DNA from: Lama glama
Lineage: Eukaryota
Length of the DNA stretch: 64,000 bases
NCBI GenBank assembly: GCA_028534125.1
Contig: CM052816.1
Span: 496,001-560,000 of the forward strand
Direction of reading: 5' to 3'
The notes under the pieces were generated by a model. The model had not been told where the DNA came from, searched no databases, and saw only the letters and a list, made by a program, of their open reading frames with translations. Each line of letters begins with the position of its first letter. Positions within the stretch are counted from its first letter, which is position 1. Positions 36,195-47,836 of the stretch are shown in pieces. The position numbers were made by a program, and so were the translations under genes.

Positions 36195-36529
36195 CAATCT
36201 CATTATTAATTGTAAGAGAGTGGTAAAAAAAAATCATTTACACTATAATATAAGGCAGCCAAGAAAGAGGGACACCATAATTAACTAAGAAAAAAATATG
36301 TCGATATTCATTGTGGAAATAAAGGAAGAATTCACTGAGGAAGCAAGACTTAAATTTGACCTTGAAGAAAAAGGAGAATTTATCTAAGAAGATAAAAAAG
36401 AACAAAGGAGATAATTCTAGAAGAAATAGGTCTAGAGTGTGGGTCCTAGGAATGGAAAGAAAGGAGAAATCAATAATCTGTCTAATGGGTTGTATGAGAT
36501 TAATGATTAAAAGTCAAAGAAAATTCTGA

Positions 36530-36966
36530 GTTGGACCTCAGGGGAAATGATAGTGGTGTTGACCAGGTAAACAAACCAAAAACATTCAGAGTATTTAGCC
36601 AGGAGATAGTTTTGAAAACTTCTAATTGTACCCTGGGGGGAAGATTCCTCCAGGACACTACACTTGGACAGCTTAGCTCTTAATGAGAATCTGGTGGGGC
36701 TAAGTCACGAAGCAGCAATGCTCGGGGTGACCGGCCACTCTGCACGGAACCTCAAGACATTGGGGAATTAGGGAGATTCCAGCCCCGCTTACTTGCCAGG
36801 CTGAGGAGGGACAGCCTATCAAGACCTTCTCAACTATCTTTCTTTTCCTACTGAACCTGTTTACTTTTCCATTTTGAGCTGTAGAATCAGAATCAATGGG
36901 CAGAAGGAGTTTTGAATCCTTTACACTTTCTAAGAAGCCATAACTGGACACAAATTCAAGGTAAGC
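36530..36966 (+). promoter_or_regulatory. Putative OR promoter and non-coding first exon for the OR at 40281
   Basis: O/E-like CCTCAGGGGA (~36536); homeodomain CTAATTG abutting O/E-like ACCCTGGGG (36622-36638); TTAATGA at 36680; donor AAG|GTAAGC at 36961; acceptor cacag at 40274. Confidence 0.5.
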
Positions 36967-37684
36967 ATCTTAACAGAGAAGCAATCTAAGTTTTCCAGAT
37001 TGTAAAAATCCACTCCTAATGCTAATTCTAGGGTTATTTTTCAACAGTACTTGTGAGGCTCCATCTTGGAGAACAGATAATTGATCCAAGAGTAAGAGTG
37101 TTATTTAACCATGTGCCTGGCAAAGTTATGTGCACTTGCTGGCTATCGTTTCTCAGGTGGATGTAATTATGCTGAACCTATTCCCATATATTCCAACCAG
37201 AAGAAATGCTGGAAAGTACTTTGAAGTCAATAAGAGGTCACCAGGCCAAAAAAAAAAAAAAAGAATGCCTTTAGATAGAAAAATGATTTTTGTGCAAAAT
37301 GCATCTAGTTTGGTCCAGGCAGTAAATCCACCGTCCTAAGGCCTGGATTCCAGCCTTAAGCTGATTGTGTATTTAACTTATTTTCACTGAAAGGAACAAG
37401 TTAGATACAGAGAGAAAAGGTAGAGCTCAGCCAACACAGTTCAGTCTGTCATAAATTTCATGGCTTAAAGGTTAACACATATAGCCACAAACAATGATAA
37501 AATTTAGGTGTAAATTCACTCTGTGATGAATAGAATTTGGAGTGAGAGTTTGTAATAATTGAACCTAGCCATGTTGGGAAGCAGCACTTGAGCTAGAAAT
37601 GAGAGGATGTGTAACACCACTTAAATCACAAAGTTAGAGAATTTTCAAAGATCTGGACATTCTGAAATCTTGGTTTCTCACCAT

Positions 37685-38311
37685 CTGATCCCACTCTTGG
37701 GCATATATCCAGAGGAAACTCTAATTCAAAAAGACACCTGTACCCCAATGTTCATAGCAGCACTATTTACGATAGCCAAGACATGGAACCAGCCTAAATG
37801 CCCATTGACAAATGACTGAATAAAGAAGATGTGGTATATTTATACAATGGAATACTATTTAGCCATAAAAATGACAACATAATGCCATTTGCAGCAACAT
37901 GGATGGCCCTGGAGAATGTCATTCTAAGTGAAGTAAGCCAGAAAGAGAAAGAAAAATACCATATGATATCACTTATATGTGGAATCTTAAAACAAAAGCC
38001 AAATGAACTTATATATAAAACAGAAACAGACTCACAGACATAGAATACAGACTATGTTTGCCAGGGAGAAGGGGGTAGGAAGGGATAAACTAGGAGTTCT
38101 AGATTTGTAGATAATGACTGAAATATATAAATAGATAAACAAGTTTATACCGTATAACATAGGGAAATATATTCAATATCTTATAGTAGTTCATAGCAAA
38201 AAGGAATATGAAAATAAATATATGTATATTCAGTATGACTGAAGCATTGTGCTGCACACCAGAAACTGACACAACATTGTAAACTGACTATACCTCAATT
38301 AAAAAAAAAAA
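37685..38311 (+). mobile_element. 5'-truncated LINE-1 3' end
   Basis: atcccactcttgggcatatatccagagg...atgccatttgcagcaacatggatg (MPFAATWM), 3' UTR and A-tail. Confidence 0.9.
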
Positions 38312-40280
38312 GATACATGCTGACCAATTTTTTCATTAAAATTGTGTTTGTTTGTTTTTTTAATTTTAAATTATCTCCACATCTAAAATCAGGCTAACTT
38401 GTCAAGTCAAACACCCAGTGACATGAGGCAGGACCTGATTAGTGAAGAAATCTCTTGGTTTGAAGATGATCAACAAAAGAATGCTCAAATAAAGGTTGTA
38501 TATATAAACATAGTTGCTTATTCTCTGGCAGTGCCAACCCACAGAAGTCTGCTGGCTCTTCACAAGAAATGAAGGCGTTTGGTGGCCGAGCAATGGGAGA
38601 ACAGACTTAGACCATTTTTGTTACTGCAATTCCTGAGTTAAAAACTGATCGTTATCTTTGGTGGCCAAATCTAAATCAAGTGTCTGGATGGAAGCAATGA
38701 GTTGAGATCAAATTGCACAAGATTAAAAAAGAAAACAATGGCTTAGTATTTTAGCTCACTCTTTCTGAGGAAGAGGTATTATAAGCAAAACACTCTTCTA
38801 GATCATTCTGTAAAAAGCAAAGGAAACTTGGGTCTCGCCGTTCATGTTGACACACATACATCGACACACATGTGAAGACAGGATGAGCCTAACAATTTAG
38901 AAATTATATCGTCAATACTTTCATTAACAAATGAGTGTCACAGGTTGTCAAGAAGATAATAGAAAAGGATATTGGAATATTACTCTACTATTAATCTGTT
39001 AGGGTGGTTTTTAAATTATGATTTAGTAATAAACTGTATCAAGTTTTTGTAAGTAATGTCTATCCTTTTTTATTCAGTCTGTTCAAATGCTTATAAACAT
39101 CTGTTCTTTGTAAACATACTAATGTTAATCTTGCTTTACATTAAATTTAAATGAGTATGAGTTTGTAATACACGGTTAGAGTCAGTTTGCTCATTTGTAA
39201 GAATTTTGGAAAGCATTTTCATGAGTACCACTTGCTTGCAATTTGCCCCTTTCTGTGTTTGTTGCCGTCAGGCTTTTGAAATGAGGTCTTATGAGTCTTG
39301 CAGGAGATGGGTGTGTGTCCTCTCGTGATAAACTGAACAAGAGTTTGTGCAGATGTTTCAAGGGCTATTCAGGCATCAGGGGAAGGATTACATACAGCCA
39401 AGAAAGTCTTAGAAGGAAAAAGGCGGCAAGTCAAAGGGAAAGGATCCCCAAAGTTTTTCCCTGTGCCCATCATGCATGTAACTCCTGTAACTAATGGTTA
39501 ACGTAATATGAATTTTGCAAGAGCAGGCACTCTAAAAGGTCATATAGGAAAAAAAGAAAAAACTTTCTCTCTTACTGATACTTAATCTGAATTTACTTCA
39601 GACCACGTAAACATAATGAGTTTTTTCCCCTGAGTAGAAAGCAGAGCCCATTAGATTAAAAGTCTAGTAACCATAAATGTATATAACACAAACTAATGAT
39701 CTGTTTCTCCTTAAATTATAATACCCAGGGCCAGAAACTTTGAATAAAGAGGAAGGATTTTCAAATTTTAAAAATTCTTCTATAAATTAAATTAATAATG
39801 TTTTCCGTAGCCAAACAAAGTCTGTAATATCTGACCTGGAAATAAAAACAACTTACTTGCCTCAAAAACATTGCTAAGAATATTACTGAAAAGATAAAAA
39901 TGGAAATAGTGTCATTTTCTCAAATAGTGAAAAATTGAACAATGTGCAATTGGAGATTGTGAATTATGTCAAATTCAGTGTCGAATTTTATAATTGTAAA
40001 ATCTACAAATTTCAAAAGTTGTTTTAATATATGAAAATACCTCTCAAACAGTAAAGTGAATGAGATGCATTATAATACGTACACTCTAGTTTCTAAAGTA
40101 TGAGCACAGAAAAGGGGTATCAGCAAAAATATTAAGAATTGATGCAAATAATCATGGATGAATATTTTTAAGCCGGCCATTGTTGTCATAAATTGTTTTT
40201 AAGCAAACTTTAATGAATTACTTCACTACTGTGATGTTTTTTACAAATCTCTTCCCTTTCTGTTGTCATCACAGAGAGCC

Positions 40281-41219
40281 ATGCGGGTAGGGAATGAGAC
40301 AGATCCCACAAATTTCACCCTCCTGGGCTTCTTCCCTGAATTTAGATACATCACAGCTGTGGTCTCCAGTATTCTCCTGATCTACACAGCTGCCTTCACC
40401 AGCAACACTCTTCTGATCGTCCTCATTTGGTTGGATTCTCGGCTCCATACCCCTATGTACTCCCTGCTCAGTCAGCTTTCCTTGATGGATCTGACGTTGA
40501 CCTCTAGCATTATCCCCAAGATGGCGGTCAATTTCTTCTCTGGATGGCAGAGCATCTCATTCCTGGCTTGTGGGACTCAAATATTCTTTTCCCTGACTGT
40601 GGCCCTTGCGGAATGCATCCTCATAACTTTCATGTGCTTTGATCGGTATGTGGCCATCTGTAACCCCCTGCGGTACCCTGTCGTCATCAGTCCTGGGGTT
40701 TGCTTGCCGATGACTGCCGTGTCTTGGGCTGGAGGTGCGCTTACTTCCTTTGGCCACACTGCGTTCACCTTACGTTTTCACATCTGCAGCCCCAGGGAGA
40801 TTCCTCACTTCTTCTGCGAAGGCGTGGCTGTCCTTAGGATTGTCTGCGAGGACATCTTAGCCTATGAGAAGGCAGTAGTGGTGACGAGCATCCTGGTTCT
40901 GCTGTCGCCCTTCTCTCTCATCGTGTCCTCCTATGTTCTCATCTTCCTGGCTGTACTCAGAATGAACTCCCCAGGAGGCAGGAACAAGGCCCTGGCCACT
41001 TGCTCCTCTCATCTCTGTGTGGTGGGTCTCTATTTTGGTCCAGGTATGTTCATCTACATGAGACCTGGCTCTGCCAAGACTCCAAAATTGAATCAGGGTC
41101 TCTTTCTGTTTGGAACTGTCCTTACCCCTCTCCTGAACCCTCTCGCCTACAGTCTCAGAAACAAAGAAGTTCTAAGTGCACTGAAAAAGTTGATGGGGGA
41201 GTGTCAGCCCTCCAGGTAG
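40281..41219 (+). CDS. Olfactory receptor, class II OR2-like, intact (312 aa)
   Basis: gccATG at 40281 after a splice acceptor. Motifs NET sequon, LHTPMY, IPKM, MCFDRYVAICNPLRY, HFFCE, KALATCSSH, PLLNPLAYSLRNKEV; TAG stop. Confidence 0.95.
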   Translation: MRVGNETDPTNFTLLGFFPEFRYITAVVSSILLIYTAAFTSNTLLIVLIWLDSRLHTPMYSLLSQLSLMDLTLTSSIIPKMAVNFFSGWQSISFLACGTQIFFSLTVALAECILITFMCFDRYVAICNPLRYPVVISPGVCLPMTAVSWAGGALTSFGHTAFTLRFHICSPREIPHFFCEGVAVLRIVCEDILAYEKAVVVTSILVLLSPFSLIVSSYVLIFLAVLRMNSPGGRNKALATCSSHLCVVGLYFGPGMFIYMRPGSAKTPKLNQGLFLFGTVLTPLLNPLAYSLRNKEVLSALKKLMGECQPSR

Positions 41220-41751
41220 AGGGCAGAATTTTCACTATCAGTTGTAGATAATTTAAAAATGCACCAGCAAAGGAAAAATTTTCAGTTAAAAAAATAACCC
41301 CAGCAGGATCCTGGAAAAGTCAACCAATCTTAACTGAGTTGCTTTTTTCCCTTTTTGACTGCAGGGGAAAAAATATTGAACCTCCTTTCCTGTCTCCATC
41401 TTGAAATTTCTGTCTAATTGTCCCAGATGATATGCTGATGAAGGACAAGGGACTATGTCCATCAGTCCTCAACACCATTCCTACTTGACAGTCATGTGCA
41501 CCGTAGTATTTGCCAAGTTTCATGTTGGTTCCATGAGAAAGAGTTCAGTGTCTGCACCCATGGAATGTAGACCACCACCAAGCACACAGCTGGTGCCTCA
41601 GAAGTATCCACTGGTTAAATTCATGAGCATGTTGATAGATTGTTGAGAATCAGGTAAATTTGCCACTGTTTTTTTGTTGTTGTTGTTGTTCTATGTAACA
41701 GGAATTGTTAATTCTTCTAATCCTATAAAAAGCAAAGTCTTCAATCTATGT

Positions 41752-41946
41752 CAGTGCTTCCAATGAGTCATTCTCTGATCACCTGCTTTAGAATCACTTT
41801 CGATTTTCATTAATAGTGCCCATAAAGTGAAGTTCTGTGTCCATCTGCAATCAACAGAATTAGAATATGTGACGTGAGGCTCAGGAATCTGACCAGCAGA
41901 ACTTCCAGTGATTCTCACGTGTACCAAAGGATGGGAGCTGCTGATC
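41752..41946. mobile_element. MER5-like hAT DNA transposon
   Basis: cagtgcttc...tttagaatcac...gaattagaat...ggctcaggaatctg...gtgattctcacgtgtaccaaagg...gagctgctg. Confidence 0.55.
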
Positions 41947-43499
41947 TATTTACTGACCTAGTTCATTTTCTAGACTGGCCTCGCAAAATGATTTGTCAGC
42001 CTTAAGGTTTCCTAATTTCTTTATAATTTAGCTGTGGGGTGGGTTAAGGTAGCTAGCAAAAATAGTCATTTTCAAAAAGAGCAGAGAATAAACTTTCTCT
42101 TTATGCTTGGAATAGTCCGTAATTTTAAAGTCTTGAGCACACACAAGTGAGTAAATAAGTTTAAAAATACAAAAAAGACTATGTATGTGATAAAATATGA
42201 ATGATTTAGAACACTTATGACATCGAAAGATGTTACATGAGTTTCTAAAATGTTGACCTATGTCAAAAATTGATTATATTCGATACAGAGATAACTCAAG
42301 GAACTTACTACACATTTTTTAATGACTGAGTGAAATAACAGGAAAAGAAACTGGTTTTTCAGTGAATAGGAAATGCTCAAAAGGAACCCTGACATCCGAA
42401 CATCCTGCCTCTTAAATGCCTCAGAAGCCATTCATTGGGAATTTTACTGCAGAGGTACAAAAGCTGAATTTTGGAGAAGTTAAACTTCTTTATGTCAAAT
42501 ATCAACTATGGCAAAAATATTAAACATGGTCTGTCCAGAATTTCTAGAGGAATTACTTAGGTTTAGGGAATCTGGTTCACTGAAGGGCCCTGGGAACTTC
42601 CTCTGAAGCTGTGTCAACATACCACTTTACTGAAAAGTGAAAATTATCTCGGCCATCTCAGATAAGGGGAGTGGCTCATTTAATGGATACTGACATGATG
42701 CTGTCACCACCCACTCAACGGTGCCATGATACTCCAGTACTCCAAGGAGTGCCCACAGATAAGACTGTGTTTAGCAGATAACTCTAAAGAGAAGTGGAGA
42801 AATAATAATAAAAAATAGTTATAGCTGAAGAGATTCTGTTTAAAAATTCCTGTTCATAAAGCATATTATTTAAGTTTGTTTTCATAAAGGGTTCTATTTT
42901 TGTATGGAAGCCATGGAAATGAACGTTCTAACCATGTGACACTCGTAGCAGACAGTTTTCTGGGTGGGCCTTAGGGAAGGCACTCAACTTGTGTTTTGGA
43001 CCATGTACTTGTGACCCATATCGCTAAAGGAGCATATTTTCATGAGATGACTTTGTCCTTTAAGGGGAAAGAATTAAATAAAAATAATTAAGTGCATAGT
43101 AATTGAGGGGAATTGCGATTCCATCTAAAAAAAATCACGGTTCTTTTATTTCTTTCCATTCTCTTTTTCATGATTTGGATGTTGTTTCTCCACTTAAACA
43201 ATTCTCTGTGTATATCTTTTGTTGTAGAGCAACCCAAATCTGATAGACAAAATGTTTTTTAAAAACACATTAATAAATGTAATATGAAAAGAAAATTTTA
43301 TAACTAAATAAATAATGTTTTAAGATGGAAACTAGAACACTGTGGGGATGGAATGTAGAAAAATAAGGCTTTTCTGAAAGAAAATGCAGAGTAACCACCA
43401 TTTAAGGAGCCAAGGACAGAGATGCTACGTATAGAAGAGGGACACTGAGCTGGGTTGGGCAGGAGACAGGAGGCAACTGAAGACAAATTCCTCTAGTTT

Positions 43500-45380
43500 T
43501 CAAGTATTTCTCTGATTCCAGAGACAACTGGATATAAAAATAATTATCTCAACCCAAGAAATTTGTTGAGATATTTTTGAAAATTAGAATGGAATGTTGA
43601 AAGCATAACTACCCTTCTACATACAGCCTGCACACCAAAGCCAAAAGTATATAAATTTACATAGAAAAGATCCCCAAAACTAATTCTTCTCAAACTCTTC
43701 CAAAATATTTAAGAGGACGGAATACACCCAAACTCATTCTATGAATATGAAGCCACCGTCACCGGATAAATGCTTGGGGAAAATGAACGTCAATCTCTAA
43801 CTCATCACATACACAGATATTAACTCTAAAGGAAACATACAGCCAAACATAAAAGGCCAAGCCACACATCTTCAAGAAGAAAACACAAAACATTTACAAC
43901 TTTGTAGGTAAAGATTACTTAGAAAACAAAAAATCACTCATAAAAGAAAAAAACTCATAAAACAAAAAAAATTGATTTTAAAATATTATCAAATGAAAAT
44001 GTCTCTTTGAGAGACACAGTTAACTACATGAAGAGACGTGACACAAACTGAAAGAAGATATTCATGATATGCAAACAGAGAGATCTAAAGACATACATCT
44101 GTCTTTAGTATTTATACAAATCAATTATAGGAATACAAAAAATTAAAAGTGAGCAAGATATTTTAGCAGGTAGTTTGGATCCCCAGAAGAAGTAAGAATT
44201 CTACCTGCAAATTGCTTTACAACTGGAGCTGCGACATCATCTCTTTGCAGGGTCTCCATCCTGTTGGCCTGACATGTACAATTTGGTCTTGCCAGCTTCC
44301 ACAATGCAGGATCCAATTCCATAAAATCAACCTCTCTGTCTCTCTCCATATATACAAAGATATACATGTATGTGTGTAAACACACATACACATCCTATTG
44401 ATTCTGTTTCTCTAGAGAACACTGACCAATACAACAAAATAGAAAATATTAAAATAGTTAAATAAATAAATTTGAAGCACTAACTTACATTGATGAATTC
44501 CTAGAAAACTGGAGTCATGAAATAGAGAAAGTCTAAAGAACTGAATTACATAGAAGAAATAGGAAAAAGTAGATATAGAAGGGCATTCTACAAAAAAGCA
44601 CCAGACACAAGGCACAAGAGAATCTACCAAACATTAAAAAATCAGATTATCCGAATACTATTTGAATTATTCCAGAGTACTTAAATGGAAGTAGAACTTA
44701 ATGAAATATACAGTATTGATGTTAAAACTTAACAGAGATAGTACAAAGATCCTTTTAGCCAAATTTACACAATCTACCTTACCTGTTACAAATAAAATCA
44801 CTGAGGTAAAAAAAAATTGATGAATTTGATCGTATGGAAATGAAAAACCTTGTGTGGCCAAAAAGCCTCCAAGCAATGTCAAATGACAAATGACAAGCTG
44901 AAGAAAATGCATTTGCATTTCTATCACAAAGGACTAATGTTTCTAATATTTAAAATCTTTTTTTAAAAAATGAGAATTTAAAACTAATAACCATATAGAA
45001 AAATGGCAAAAGATCTGAAAGGACAGTTTAGAGATATGGAAATGCACGTGGCTCTTAAATACTAAAAAATGATCAAAGTGCTCACAATAGAAATTAAAAT
45101 AATACTATACTAAAAGCACAATGTCTCACCTACAAAACAGACAAAACTTCTAAAGTTTAACAATATACGTTATTGGTGAGGCTGTGGAAAGCAGGTGCTT
45201 TCATATTTTGCTGGTGGGAATGCAAAGCGATACACACCGTATACAAAGGAATTTGTAGTTAGCAAATTACACTCACAATACTCTTCAACCCAACAATTTC
45301 ACTTCTAGAAACCTGTGCTGAAGTTACACTTGCAAAAAATTCAAACGCTGTTTATTGTAGCACTGTTTATTATAACAAGG
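43500..45380 (+). mobile_element. Ancient LINE-1 ORF2 fragments
   Basis: ttcttctcaaactcttccaaaa...aactcattctatga and ttggtgaggctgtggaaagcagg...gctggtgggaatgcaaa. Confidence 0.65.
44180..44433 (+). mobile_element. MLT2-like LTR 3' part nested in L1
   Basis: gggtctccatcctgttggcct...cttgccagcttccacaat...catcctattgattctgtttctctagagaacactgaccaataCA. Confidence 0.7.
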
Positions 45381-46406
45381 GAACATCCAAATAACTTTCC
45401 CATTCCCTTTATTTATGCTCTCCTCAAGAATGCAATGTTGGCACCCTGATGCTAGTGCTTCTTCACACTTCTCCTTGATCAAACAAAAATATACTATCAT
45501 AGACATGGATTTATGGAGTTTTACACTTGTGTTATTCTATATGCCATTCTGCAAGTTGTTCTCACTTGACGTTGCGTCGTGGACACATCTCTCCCATTAC
45601 ATAGATATGGACCTAGCACATTCCTTTTAACAAATACATAATGTAAAAAATCTGAATGTGTGCCACAATGTTCAGCTCATTTCCAGGTTTTTGCTTGCAT
45701 GAATAATGATAATTACATTTAACATTCTTGAAAATGTATTTTATATTGTGGTGCTTTTATCTCTACAGAATAGTTTTAAGGGTAAGTATGTTCTAACAGA
45801 TATTTTCAGATTACTTTCTTAAAAGGTTGTAACAATTTGCCCGACCACCAACAGTTTATGAGAAGGTTCATTTTCTTGAACCTCGACTAGCACACAATAG
45901 AGATCATGAAATAAGGGTTAAATCTGTGAAGCCTTTATATACACTGTAAAGTGAATTGGCTTAAATGGAGATTTAAGGATCTTAAGGTCATCAACTCAAC
46001 CATAACACAATAAATTATTCAGATAACTGCCCTTATAGATACATGTATCCCAGACCACAGAATATAGGTTAAAATGGAGATAGGACCTAGAACACCTCAT
46101 TAAACTTTCTCTTCTTGCCATAATTTCCATTAGCACTTCTCTTCCATCTATTGGTTTCTATAATGGATATTTCCTCACTTTTATATTAAATACAATGTAA
46201 ACCTAGCATCTAGGTAGGTCATTCCAGCCTCTCTCTATCCTTTGCTAAAATGATAAGTCTAGGAATGGGGTGGAGGAGAAGCAGAGCTAAGTAAAAATGT
46301 TGGATAGATGTGTGGTAGCCTAAGGAAAAGCCAGTGAGATCGTGAACAGTGGCTATTTTTCTTTGGAAAATAATCATAAAGTTTCAGACCTGATGCTACA
46401 AAGTCA

Positions 46407-46919
46407 TTCTAATTAAAGTCTGGGGACAAGATGCTTCCAGGACACTCCCCTGTGAGGTCCTCAATTACCAAAGGGTCTGGCTTATGTCAGACACATCCTG
46501 CCTCTGACCAGCAACCAGAACTTATAGTCACTTCTCATACTGATGATAAGGTTTGGGGCCACTTCATGATAAAATGAGCCTCTATCTACCCACACCCTCA
46601 ACCAATCCTTAGTCTCAGTTCTGACACAGGAAAGGAGAACCATTGCACTTCTCACCCAGGGAGTGGCACCGAAGACACCCGGGTTTCCCGGTGGCAATGA
46701 CAAAGGGGAATGACAGAATTCATGAGGTAGCCAACTTTAACATTTACTCTGGCATTTGATAGCAGAAGAGTTGCATGAAGTTTTTCTGTATTTATGAAAC
46801 AAAGCTAATCATATTAATACTTTAACAATTAATTTGCATTAATGATGATAATCATGGGCTGTTAACTATAATTTTAATTATCCAGTGTTTATTAACTCTG
46901 ATGGGCCAAGCAGGTAAGA
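46407..46919 (+). promoter_or_regulatory. Second putative OR promoter core/first exon, paralogous to 36620
   Basis: 46407-46446 matches 36620-36659 at 32/40 positions without gaps. O/E ACCCAGGGA at 46654; donor CAG|GTAAGA at 46914. Confidence 0.45.
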
Positions 46920-47179
46920 TTGTCAAATCATACTGAGAATGTAGTGACAAAGGCATGGCTATATGTGTGGTTAATAATGCCCATCCTCATGTTCATTGTA
47001 AGGGGTTTTATTTAATGGTTTATTTGGACTTCATTTAAATTTTCCATCTCTAGGACAATTTGTCCTCATAAGTTACACAATAAAGAAAATTAAGTGTATT
47101 CTGGGTATAAAATCCTATATTAATGGTGGTGGTCAAGGTCATGGCCCCCAGAGCCTGATAGAATTGGGTTGAAGGTTCA

Positions 47180-47360
47180 TCCCCACCACCTATCTACTCT
47201 GGGACCTTGGGCAAAGAGTTGACATCTTTCTACACTTTGACTTTGACATCTGGAAACTGGATGTGTCGAGAGCACCCATCCCTGAGGGTTGGCATCGGCG
47301 TTGAATGCAGCGCTGTGTGTGACGACCAGCAATGTGGTATTCAGTAAAGGAACATGCACA
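47180..47360. mobile_element. MIR-like SINE remnant
   Basis: actctgggaccttgggcaaagagttgacatctttct...catctggaaactgg. Confidence 0.55.
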
Positions 47361-47486
47361 GCTGTTATTTTCTCTAATCAGTGAAACACATGTTGACTCA
47401 GTTGGGTCTGTATAACTTTCTTCTAGTGTTTCCCCAAGTTTTATATTTTAGCTGATTTTGCACAGTGATGTGACAACAGTAAAAAT

Positions 47487-47836
47487 TATTTTTTAAAATA
47501 ATTTAATAATTATTTAATAATTAATAAATAATTTAAATTAATTTAAAAGTCTATTTTTTAAAATAATTTAATAATTATTTAATAATTAATAAATAACTAA
47601 TTTAAGTCTATTTTTTAAAATAATTTAATAATTATTTAATAATTAATAAATAATTTAATTTAAAAGTCTATTTTTTAAAATAATTTAATAATTAATAAGT
47701 AATTTAATTTAAAAGTCTATTTTTTAAAATAATTTAATAATTATTTAATAATAAATAATTTAATTTAAAAGTCTATTTTTTAAAATAATTTAATAATTAT
47801 TTAATAATTAATAAATAAATTAATTTAAAAGTCTAT
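47487..47836. repeat. AT-rich minisatellite, ~58-bp unit, six copies
   Basis: Unit TTTTTTAAAATAATTTAATAATTATTTAATAATTAATAAATAATTTAATTTAAAAGTCTA; GTCTA recurs six times. Confidence 0.93.

Noticed and set aside
40263..40280. TTG-initiated N-terminal extension of the OR
   Set aside because: It lies in the polypyrimidine tract/splice acceptor; the gccATG at 40281 gives the standard 312-aa OR.
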